32,000 bases of DNA from assembly GCF_000018105.1 (NCBI RefSeq), contig NC_009926.1, positions 30,001-62,000 on the forward strand. The letters run 5' to 3'. This stretch comes from Acaryochloris marina MBIC11017 (GTDB lineage: Bacteria; Cyanobacteriota; Cyanobacteriia; Thermosynechococcales; Thermosynechococcaceae). The notes beneath the pieces were generated by a model, which was given only the letters and a program-made list of their open reading frames with translations, searched no databases and was not told the origin of the DNA. The translations under genes and the position numbers were made by a program. Positions 18,258 to 25,727 of this stretch are shown piece after piece; the stretch's first letter is position 1, and each line of letters starts with the position of its first letter.

Positions 18258-18374
18258 TTAATGTCTTTCCAAAAAAATTACCATCTCAGCAACAAAACAA
18301 GCGATCGCACGTTTCTCCTGGGTATATCGCAGAGATTTCTCTAAGAGGATTCCTTGTATAGCGAAGTGATTCAT
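18258..18374 (-). pseudogene. ssb: Truncated ssb-like gene (first ~28 codons homologous to 23424-23744, then divergent and stopped)
   Basis: MNHFAIQGILLEKSLRYTQEKRAIACFV compares with MNTCAFQGILLEKSLRYTQERRAIAEFV. DNA similarity, including HIP1 GCGATCGCACG, ends near 18290, where AT-rich sequence begins. Confidence 0.7.
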
Positions 18375-18460
18375 AATTTCTGATTTTAAGGCTAGATTAA
18401 AGGCCCAGTAACGATTCGTGGAAAAAACTTTTACTTTCCCCAAAACCCAATTCTCTACAC

Positions 18461-18476
18461 TAGAATGGCCGCAAGT
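18461..18476 (+). promoter_or_regulatory. Conserved -10-like box plus leader TAGAATGGCCGCAAGT (cassette copy A)
   Basis: The same 16-mer with R/R variation recurs at 23832 and 29483, each 20-23 nt upstream of an ATG preceded by a GAGG/GGAG Shine-Dalgarno. Confidence 0.6.
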
Positions 18477-18496
18477 CCGATCCCAGGGAGGTTCTC

Positions 18497-19573
18497 ATGC
18501 CCTCTGCATCTATCGATAAGCTGAACCAGCTTAAAAGGCAGCTTCAGGATTGTATTAACCCCACTGCTGCCAAGCTACTCAAGAGTACGATTGCAAAGCT
18601 TGAAGCCCAGCTCAACTTAGGCCAGGACCAGATCGAGGTATCTAAGATAGACCAGATAAAGACAACTAACACGAATTCTTCCAAGGTAGCTCAACGGAAA
18701 GCTGCACACAAGAAATCAGAGAGGAAATCTAGGCAGAAGGCATCTCAAAAACAAAGAACAACGTTGAAAGCCCCTTCACTCAACAAAGTAGAGACAAAAC
18801 CATCAGTAATCTCTCAGAACAAGAAGCTCCCAATTCCAGCCCAGGAAAAGCCGCATGTTAAGACTGTAGACACTCCTAACAGTAAGAATTCAAATTCAAA
18901 AAATCAAAAACAAGCAAAGACAACATCAAAGTCAAAATCAGGTGAACTTTCCGAGAAACCTCCACTGCTCCCTGGAAATGGCACTCATCGGGCTTGGTGC
19001 CGTATTCCCGGAATTATTCGAGTACGAGAGAAGGAGTTTGAAGACGGGAGAACAAAGTCTCTGTATTTTGTGGAAGTTGATGGACAACCCATCAAACTCT
19101 TCCTATCGAAGAAGAGCTTTAAGAAAGTCAAGTCAGTTTTAGACAAACCAGTCATAGTGTTTGGTTATCCCAATATCATGAATGGTCAGATTACATCTTT
19201 GCAGTTAACAGGTACCTCGCAACGGGCATCAGCAAAGACAGAGAACTGGGTATTGATCGGAGTATGGAGAGCAGATAAGCAAAGGGTTTTGATACAGCGG
19301 GATCAGGAGCGCGACCCAGAGATTCATATCCGCCAGCATTCCCCGCTCGTGAGAGAGGACTGCCTGGAGAAGCTCAAGGATGGAAAGCTCTATGAGTTCA
19401 CCTGCCATAGAGATGGCGTTACCATCAAGGTTGTGGCTGTTGGAGAACGTTCAACGCAGAAGAGTAACGCTACTGAATCAACTGACCATGAAATCACTGA
19501 TCCAGAAATCAAAGATCAGGAAATCATTGACCAAGTCTTTTCTAAATTGGAGTCTTCCACTCTCCAGGTATGA
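18497..19573 (+). CDS. OrfX: uncharacterised protein (coiled-coil N-terminus, basic low-complexity linker, conserved ~190-aa C-domain)
   Basis: 358 aa, a paralog of 23870-24691. Shared blocks are MPSA[ST]IDKLNQLK, LLPGNGTHRAWCRIPGIIRV, W[VM][LM]IGVW, QR[VL]L[IV]QRDQ, QHSPLV[RK]E.CLEKL..GKLY. I recognise no known family. Confidence 0.75.
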   Translation: MPSASIDKLNQLKRQLQDCINPTAAKLLKSTIAKLEAQLNLGQDQIEVSKIDQIKTTNTNSSKVAQRKAAHKKSERKSRQKASQKQRTTLKAPSLNKVETKPSVISQNKKLPIPAQEKPHVKTVDTPNSKNSNSKNQKQAKTTSKSKSGELSEKPPLLPGNGTHRAWCRIPGIIRVREKEFEDGRTKSLYFVEVDGQPIKLFLSKKSFKKVKSVLDKPVIVFGYPNIMNGQITSLQLTGTSQRASAKTENWVLIGVWRADKQRVLIQRDQERDPEIHIRQHSPLVREDCLEKLKDGKLYEFTCHRDGVTIKVVAVGERSTQKSNATESTDHEITDPEIKDQEIIDQVFSKLESSTLQV

Positions 19574-20043
19574 TTGAATCTCGACCTTCCCTCAGCCTAA
19601 ACGTTCGACTAACCGAAGAGCAGCTTGGATTTCTCGACTATTTGTACCCCAATATTGATCCAGAAGATGCTTTGATCAGGATTCTTGAACGGGCTAGGAA
19701 CCGAGCTATCCGCAAGGCCGAACAGCAGGTACATATCTTACATCCACGCCAGGAAGAAGCCGAGCAACCTGAGACCTCCCCTGATCAGCCCATCAGCCAG
19801 GTTGATGAACAGGTGAAGAATCCGATTGGACAATTGCAAGAGCTTTGCCAGAAACAGCAAATATCGTTGCCCAGGTACGAGTTTTCAGAGATATCAGAAG
19901 GGTTTCGTTGTTTAGTACAGTCGATGGGATTACAGGGAGTAGGCGAGGGAGCATCGAAGAAGAAAGCGAAGATGGGGGCTGCGGAGATGTTGTTGAAGAG
20001 AGCAGAGGAAGGTCTATGTCACATTTCACCCTCTAAAGGCTAA
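19570..20043 (+). CDS. RHH (CopG-like) + dsRBD-like fusion protein
   Basis: The N-terminus SLNVRLTEEQLGFLDYLY..PEDALIRILERARNRAIRKAE has a strand-helix-helix pattern. An acidic linker follows. The C-terminus NPIGQLQELCQKQQISLPRYEF..FRCLVQSMGLQGVGEGASKKKAKMGAAEMLL fits the dsRBD consensus. The start overlaps the OrfX stop (ATGA). Confidence 0.75.
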   Translation: MIESRPSLSLNVRLTEEQLGFLDYLYPNIDPEDALIRILERARNRAIRKAEQQVHILHPRQEEAEQPETSPDQPISQVDEQVKNPIGQLQELCQKQQISLPRYEFSEISEGFRCLVQSMGLQGVGEGASKKKAKMGAAEMLLKRAEEGLCHISPSKG

Positions 20044-20155
20044 GGATGCGATTTTGAAGTGATGTGAACATTAAATTTATTTTTCGATTAAAGAAAAGCA
20101 AATTTCTTCATGGAAGAATTAAGACATACCTCTGAGCAAGTAATAGCATCATTCT

Positions 20156-20434
20156 GTGAACAATTTAGTCATATTCCCAGGACAATCTTCATCTGAAATA
20201 TATTTGTCGAATCCGAGTTCTTTTAGGGAGGCTAAAGAAGCGGCACATTGCTTGAAGAACGGACAACTGCTACTCGTCAATTTAGAAAATCTATCTCCAA
20301 AGTCGGCCCAGAGAATAAGTGATTATCTTGCAGGTTGTACTAACTCTTTATGTGGTGAATATACAGAAGTAGGAAATGGTGTTCATCTGTTTGCTCCTCA
20401 AACTTTTCCAATTGTGAAACAATCCAAGTATTGA
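20156..20434 (+). CDS. sepF: SepF-like (DUF552 core domain only) protein
   Basis: IYLSNPSSFREAKEAAHCLKNGQLLLVNLENLSPKSAQRISDYLAGCTNSLCGEYTEVGNGVHLFAPQTFPI is collinear with the SepF core as I recall it ([62 protein letters not shown]). It has a GTG start, no membrane-targeting N-helix, and the start is uncertain. Confidence 0.7.
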   Translation: MNNLVIFPGQSSSEIYLSNPSSFREAKEAAHCLKNGQLLLVNLENLSPKSAQRISDYLAGCTNSLCGEYTEVGNGVHLFAPQTFPIVKQSKY

Positions 20435-20461
20435 GACTTTAGTGCATTTGAGGATTCCCCA

Positions 20462-21013
20462 ATGACTCCCCCAATCGTCGCCCTCAACCCCAAGCCCGTA
20501 CCCAAGACCATCCCACAACTACCTAAGTCCGTCCCTTCCGCACCCAAACTGGTTAGTAGGACAGCATTTCCTAAGAAAACACCGGAAGGAACCCGGCCAG
20601 CAAAGCTAGAACAAGGGCATGAGGAGCTGGGAGGACTACGCCGGAGTTTTAGGCGTCCTTCTCAATCAACTAAACCTGAGTTCACTCCTAAGACACGATC
20701 CTCAGAAGCTCCCCAGGTCAATCAACCGAGAACCCCTAGAGTGTCGGCAGAGCTGGAGAGGCGATTCAGGAATCTGGAGCTGAAGCAGAAGAATCTGGTG
20801 GAGCAGACCAGGACGCGAGGGGAGCTGGAGTATCTGGCTGTTTCCAAAAATAGCTCAGGGAGATACTGGATTACAGTGGCGGGAACGGGGAAGCCCTTTG
20901 TGAGGAATACGTTTGCTTCGGCTGAGTTCAGTTGGGGAATCGATGTTGAGATTGAAGGCAAATTTGAGAATGGATATATGATTGAGCTCTGCCCATTGAA
21001 GACAATGAACTAG
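20462..21013 (+). CDS. OrfY: hypothetical protein with a Pro/Lys/Arg-rich disordered N-half and a compact C-domain
   Basis: 183-aa ORF with no recognised motif. A frameshifted paralog fragment lies at 27642-27879. Confidence 0.6.
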   Translation: MTPPIVALNPKPVPKTIPQLPKSVPSAPKLVSRTAFPKKTPEGTRPAKLEQGHEELGGLRRSFRRPSQSTKPEFTPKTRSSEAPQVNQPRTPRVSAELERRFRNLELKQKNLVEQTRTRGELEYLAVSKNSSGRYWITVAGTGKPFVRNTFASAEFSWGIDVEIEGKFENGYMIELCPLKTMN

Positions 21014-21041
21014 GTTCAGTAGATAATATAAAATTTCCAAC

Positions 21042-22799
21042 TTATGTATCCACTGAATAGCCTTCAAACCAAATGGAACGTTGTGGAAAAGGTATTGTAA
21101 TATTCGCCTGATCAAAGGCTTGTTTCAAACGACGTCGGTACTCTCGCCCCACATCCCAATGTTTCATTGGTTGGGTCTTAATGAGTATACGGATTGTTAT
21201 ACTGCTTTCCCCAAAGGCATCTACCCCTAAGATAGTTGGAGTTTCATTGATCAAAACTCCCCAAATAGGATCATGTTGTAGTTTAATTGCAACTTCTTCA
21301 ATCACTGCCATTGCTTGATCTAAGTCAGTGGAATAGGCTACCTCAATCCCTAGATTAATCCGGGACCATTGGTGAGTCAGGTTGATAGCAGTGGAAAAAC
21401 TACCATTGGCAATCGTGACAAGTTCACCTTCTAAAGTCCTCAACTGAGTAACTCGAAGGTTGAGATACTCAACTAATCCGACAATGCCATTGATTTTGAC
21501 TACATCATTCTTCGTGTATTGATCCTCCCAGAGAATCAGAAAACCATTGATAAAGTCCTTAATCAGATTCTGAGCACTTAACCCTACAATTCCTATGCCT
21601 GTTAGGACCAGTGCTAGTGGTGCTTGAATTGCATCCAGAAACATTAGAATGCCAATAATGATTACGACATAGCGTGTAACTTCCTGCAATACATTGGTTA
21701 TGGTGGGAGTTCTAAGAGTAATACGTTGGTTAGGTGTATGGTTAAAGGCATCATTCTCAGACCATCGATGCAACCCATAAACAATCAGAATATCAATGAT
21801 TTTTTTTGAAATACTTAGAACTAAGAGAATGCCAATAAAGCTGACAGGTACACCTACTAACCAAAGACCTGCTTGACGAGTTTGAGGAAATAACAGTAAT
21901 GCAAATATTGCAAAGCTCAACCAAATAGCTACTTGACTCCACCACAATAGAGATCGTAACGTTAGATTGATATTTTTTTGTTGCGGCAATGAAAGCTTTG
22001 GCAAGTGTTTTCTAATTGGGTGACCAATTGTTGTCTCCTGATAAGACTCAATGGAAGTCTGTCCATCAGGAAAATCATTATTTTGTGTTGTTGATGGATT
22101 TTTGATGTTTTTGGAATTAAGTTGTGTCCATTGGTGCTTGAGCAGAATTTGCAGATACCTCAGAATTAGGCTAATGATAATTACCGCTACCAAAATAATC
22201 AAAAGGTAAAAAAGTTGTTGCTTTAAATGCTCAGGCTGACGCTCTCTGTTCGCTTCTAAAAGTGCAGATTTGATCTTACTGGCCTTTACTTTTGCAATTT
22301 CAGAAATTGAGTAAGATGTACTATCAATTTGACGGTCTAGCTCTGTGATGGTCATAAGGGGTAGTTTCCAGTCTTTCCCCTGAGCGATTATCACTTCTTG
22401 GTTATTTAAGGTACTGGCTGTAACTCTAAGGGCATTAGGGTCAATACCACTATTTACGATTTTTTCTAAGTGGGTTTCAATTTCATTTACTCGCCATTCA
22501 ATGGGCAAGATATTGCTTTGACTGTCGGGATCATCAATCGCTGTGGGTGCAGCGACTTGAAATAGTGACACACCATCAAGGCGCACATTAGCAATGTGCA
22601 TATTGCCACGCTGGATGTAGTGAATATTAGGTTGCCGATTTGAACTCGTGTCAAGATGAGAGAAGCTGGGAAACTGGGCATGGGCTAATGACGGCCAGAA
22701 GTAGCTCATTCCGCAAATAAGGCAGCCGACGATTCCTGTAAGAAAGAATCTTGATAAACGCTGTAACTTTCTAGGATACATAGCTATGGTCAGTACCAC
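21042..22799 (-). CDS. MscS-family mechanosensitive ion channel
   Basis: 585 aa with multiple TM helices. The MscS core is IKDFINGFLILWEDQYTKNDVVKINGIVGLVEYLNLRVTQLRTLEGELVTIANGSF. Confidence 0.85.
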   Translation of the reverse strand: MVLTIAMYPRKLQRLSRFFLTGIVGCLICGMSYFWPSLAHAQFPSFSHLDTSSNRQPNIHYIQRGNMHIANVRLDGVSLFQVAAPTAIDDPDSQSNILPIEWRVNEIETHLEKIVNSGIDPNALRVTASTLNNQEVIIAQGKDWKLPLMTITELDRQIDSTSYSISEIAKVKASKIKSALLEANRERQPEHLKQQLFYLLIILVAVIIISLILRYLQILLKHQWTQLNSKNIKNPSTTQNNDFPDGQTSIESYQETTIGHPIRKHLPKLSLPQQKNINLTLRSLLWWSQVAIWLSFAIFALLLFPQTRQAGLWLVGVPVSFIGILLVLSISKKIIDILIVYGLHRWSENDAFNHTPNQRITLRTPTITNVLQEVTRYVVIIIGILMFLDAIQAPLALVLTGIGIVGLSAQNLIKDFINGFLILWEDQYTKNDVVKINGIVGLVEYLNLRVTQLRTLEGELVTIANGSFSTAINLTHQWSRINLGIEVAYSTDLDQAMAVIEEVAIKLQHDPIWGVLINETPTILGVDAFGESSITIRILIKTQPMKHWDVGREYRRRLKQAFDQANITIPFPQRSIWFEGYSVDT

Positions 22800-23011
22800 A
22801 TTCTCCTGCTTCTACTTATCCTTAGGTTACAGTCTCATATATGCTCAACATCCCCACTTTTCAGCCATCTTCCAGACTGACCATCCGCCTCGCTTCGGAC
22901 TTTGCAGCAAGATTTCTTGAGTTCTCCTAGAATCCAGGCCATAGCTTGGATTAGCTCTTTTTTATGGGTAGAATTTAATACAGAGACCTATCTTTTGTAG
23001 GCTTTGCAGAA

Positions 23012-23401
23012 ATGCTTAACTATGTTTCTGTAGGAGTGACAGACATTGATCAAGCCACATCATTTTATGATGTGATTCTGGGGATCATGGGATATGTCCG
23101 ATTGTATGAAGATCCGGGTCAATTCGTTGGTTATGGGGAAACGTGGCCAGAGTTTTGGATTACACAAAGATCAGATTTAAGCCAAGATTCCGAGGTTAGT
23201 AAAGAAACATATATTTCCATTTCAGCACCTTCCTTTGAAGCAGTCGATGCATTTTATAAAACTGGCCTTGAAGTGGGTGCGGAATCATCCGACTCACCAG
23301 GATACCGACCAACTTATGGTCAGGAATTTTATAGTGCTTCAATCTATGACCTTGATGGGAATCACATAGAGGCGTCTTACTATGAGCTTTCTAGCTTTTA
23401 A
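23012..23401 (+). CDS. VOC/glyoxalase-bleomycin resistance-dioxygenase superfamily protein
   Basis: 129 aa, with MLNYVSVGVTDIDQATSFYD... and a C-terminal DLDGNHIEA typical of VOC domains. Confidence 0.75.
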   Translation: MLNYVSVGVTDIDQATSFYDVILGIMGYVRLYEDPGQFVGYGETWPEFWITQRSDLSQDSEVSKETYISISAPSFEAVDAFYKTGLEVGAESSDSPGYRPTYGQEFYSASIYDLDGNHIEASYYELSSF

Positions 23402-23423
23402 AACAGAGTGGAAACCTTGATGA

Positions 23424-23744
23424 TTACTGATTAATCTGGACCGTGGAGTCGGTTGATCTTATCAACGACAAGGCTAGCCTGCTGCTCCACATATTCCTCG
23501 TTGCCGTCTTATGAGTGACTTTGTTTATCCTCAGTTGACCTTGCAAAATGAGTTGGTCGCCAGCTTGTAATGCATTGTGTGCTTTCTCCCCATTTTCTCC
23601 CCAATAGATGGCCTTGAGATTTTCCCTGGGGTCTTCTTCCCTCAGAGGGTTAATTTCAACGACGAATTCCGCGATCGCACGTCTTTCCTGGGTATATCGC
23701 AGGGATTTCTCCAGGAGTATTCCTTGGAAAGCACAAGTGTTCAT
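23424..23744 (-). CDS. ssb: SSB-like OB-fold protein (no acidic C-terminal tip)
   Basis: MNTCAFQGILLEKSLRYTQERRAIAEFVVEI...LKAIYWGENGEKAHNALQAGDQLILQGQLRINKV follows the cyanobacterial SSB N-terminal OB pattern. The C-terminus is atypical. Confidence 0.65.
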   Translation of the reverse strand: MNTCAFQGILLEKSLRYTQERRAIAEFVVEINPLREEDPRENLKAIYWGENGEKAHNALQAGDQLILQGQLRINKVTHKTATRNMWSSRLALSLIRSTDSTVQINQ

Positions 23745-23831
23745 AATTCATTGATTATTAGCCTGGGCATGCACTGTGTGACGTTTTCTGGCGATAATCC
23801 CGAATTTAACCCAAAGACCAACTTCATATCT

Positions 23832-23847
23832 TAGAATAGCCGCAAGT
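23832..23847 (+). promoter_or_regulatory. Conserved -10-like box plus leader TAGAATAGCCGCAAGT (cassette copy B)
   Basis: See 18461-18476. It lies 22 nt upstream of the ATG at 23870. Confidence 0.6.
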
Positions 23848-23869
23848 TTGCTCCTAGCGAGGTTCTCCC

Positions 23870-24691
23870 ATGCCCTCAGCAACTATCGACAAGCTCAACC
23901 AACTCAAAGTTCAGCTTGAGCAGTGCAACAATGACACTGCTGCTCTACTCCTAAAACGGACGATTGCAAAACTCGAATCTCAACTCCAGAGAGAGCAGCT
24001 TACAACACAGTCTGCCAAGTTGACTCCACAAGAACCGCCAAAAACCTCCCAGACTATTTTCAAACAACAATCTTCAGTCCAGGATAAGAAAGTAGTACCT
24101 CAACAACAGCAGACCACAAAAAATCTTCAGGCAAAATCCAAGCAGCGAAACCATCGCAAAAAGAGACGGCCTCTGCTCCCTGGCAATGGCACCCATCGTG
24201 CCTGGTGCAGGATTCCAGGAATCATCCGAGTTCAGGAAGCGGAAGCGGAGGCAGAACAGCCAGTATATTTCATAGAAATGGATGGTCATCAGCTCTCTTT
24301 GAGAGTAAAGAAGCGCTTCAGAAAATTGATAGGAGCGTCATTGGATACTCCTTTGATGGTGAAATGCTACCCTCAAATCATTGAAGGTCAAATTGTTTTC
24401 TTGCAGTTTTGTGGTGCTGCTGAATCGGCCCCTGAGACCCCAGAAGACTGGGTGATGATTGGGGTGTGGAATTCAGAGAATCAGAGAGTCTTAGTACAGC
24501 GTGATCAGAGATGCGATCAGAGCAGGCGCATCCTTCAACATTCTCCGCTAGTGAAAGAGGCATGTTTGGAGAAACTGGAGGGTGGAAAGCTTTATCGGTA
24601 TCAATGTCAGAGAGAGGGATTCACCGTGACGATCGTGGGTGTGGAGGTTGTTGAGGGTGAGGAAGGGGAAATTGTTCAGAAAGCCTCATAG
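23870..24691 (+). CDS. OrfX paralog (273 aa)
   Basis: Collinear with 18497-19573 but with a shorter Gln-rich linker. The conserved C-domain blocks are as listed for copy A. Confidence 0.75.
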   Translation: MPSATIDKLNQLKVQLEQCNNDTAALLLKRTIAKLESQLQREQLTTQSAKLTPQEPPKTSQTIFKQQSSVQDKKVVPQQQQTTKNLQAKSKQRNHRKKRRPLLPGNGTHRAWCRIPGIIRVQEAEAEAEQPVYFIEMDGHQLSLRVKKRFRKLIGASLDTPLMVKCYPQIIEGQIVFLQFCGAAESAPETPEDWVMIGVWNSENQRVLVQRDQRCDQSRRILQHSPLVKEACLEKLEGGKLYRYQCQREGFTVTIVGVEVVEGEEGEIVQKAS

Positions 24692-24742
24692 CTCTGAAAA
24701 ACCATTGAGCTATGAGATCAGATTCCATTATTCAAATTAGCT

Positions 24743-25012
24743 CTACCAACGATTTCCACCTCCTCTGTTCTCACGGGGTCTGGCTTTATTCACTTTCAGA
24801 GTGCGTCCCATCCATTCAGCACCCTCTAGCTCATCGATAGCTTTAGCTTCTTCAGCATCATTACCCATTTCGACAAAGGCGAATCCACGCTTGCGTCCTG
24901 TTTCTCGATCAGTAGGCATCTTGACCTGTTTGACAGTTCCATATTCAGCAAAAACGGCGTTTAGGTCTTGTTCTGTAGCATCAAAGGAGAGGTTACCAAC
25001 GTAAATCGACAT
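24743..25012 (-). CDS. rbp: RRM-type RNA-binding protein (cyanobacterial Rbp family)
   Basis: MSIYVGNLSF (RNP2) and KRGFAFVEM (RNP1), with a Gly-rich tail RENRGGGNRW. I chose the start at the internal Met (MSIYVGNL) of the track ORF. Confidence 0.9.
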   Translation of the reverse strand: MSIYVGNLSFDATEQDLNAVFAEYGTVKQVKMPTDRETGRKRGFAFVEMGNDAEEAKAIDELEGAEWMGRTLKVNKARPRENRGGGNRW

Positions 25013-25255
25013 GAAGTAATATCCAAGATTAATCATGCTCATGCTACCCGATCTCTATTTCCCCTTTAGGAGTAGAAAGCAATCTTTATGGAGATCATAG
25101 AATCGGAGAGGCAGTTTATGAATAGGACATGATTAAGGGACTTCAGTTAAATGTTGGGAGCTTAGCATCCATCAACCCCAATGCGTGACCCAAATTTTTT
25201 TGGTGATAGTGCTTTATCGCAAATCTTAGCTAAACACGTTTCATTTGGAGGTTCT

Positions 25256-25555
25256 ATGTCATCTTCTATCAATCAAGGTATATTGGTCACTGTCATTTGC
25301 GAAGCGGTTTTACAGCATCGTATCGTTCAATTACTAGATACTGTGGGTGCTTCAGGGTACACCATTATTCCAGCTCAAGGTGCTGGGAGTTATGGTCAGC
25401 GGATGGGAGATATTGAAGGGTTTAATACCAATATTCAAGTGAAAACAATTGTCTCACTAGAGGCATCTGATCAGATACTTGAGGATCTGCAGCAATACCG
25501 TGAATCACATGCACTGATCGCATTTCGACAACAAGTGGATGGATTATTTGATTAG
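25256..25555 (+). CDS. PII-like (GlnB-superfamily fold) small signalling-type protein
   Basis: ILVTVICEAVLQHRIVQLLDTVGASGYTIIPAQGAGSYGQRMGD...NIQVKTIVS fits the PII-like pattern. The start is at the internal ATG preceded by GGAGG. Confidence 0.55.
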   Translation: MSSSINQGILVTVICEAVLQHRIVQLLDTVGASGYTIIPAQGAGSYGQRMGDIEGFNTNIQVKTIVSLEASDQILEDLQQYRESHALIAFRQQVDGLFD

Positions 25556-25562
25556 GTTATTA

Positions 25563-25606
25563 ACATCCTCTCCTACTAACCTTTCAGGTACAGAGGGAGA
25601 GGATGT
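25563..25606 (+). terminator. Stem-loop with an 11-bp perfect stem (ACATCCTCTCC / GGAGAGGATGT), 8 nt after the PII-like stop
   Basis: Read directly. The loop is 22 nt and no U-tract follows, so intrinsic-terminator function is uncertain. Confidence 0.45.
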
Positions 25607-25727
25607 CAACTATACCCCAACGAAGATCTAGAAGACTGCCTGATCAAGCTTCTAGAGTGAGCCAAGAGACAATCCATCCGACGAGCAGAACAACAAACGA
25701 GGGTCTTTTATCTTGGTCATTTAAAAA

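Noticed and set aside
9944-18290. Search for mobility genes (integrase, transposase, recombinase), a reverse transcriptase or direct-repeat att sites bounding the AT-rich island
   Set aside because: I recognised none in any listed ORF, and I could not identify flanking direct repeats by eye. The island is therefore called on composition and the ssb breakpoint only, not as a defined mobile element.
18942-19577. Alternative-frame ORFs (66 and 65 aa) inside OrfX, and 19793..20036 ORFs inside or antisense to the RHH-dsRBD gene
   Set aside because: They are nested in ORFs whose protein sequences are conserved between paralogous copies, whereas the alternative frames are not.
24801-25004. 67-aa plus-strand ORF
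   Set aside because: It is antisense to the RRM Rbp gene, which has unambiguous RNP1 and RNP2 motifs.
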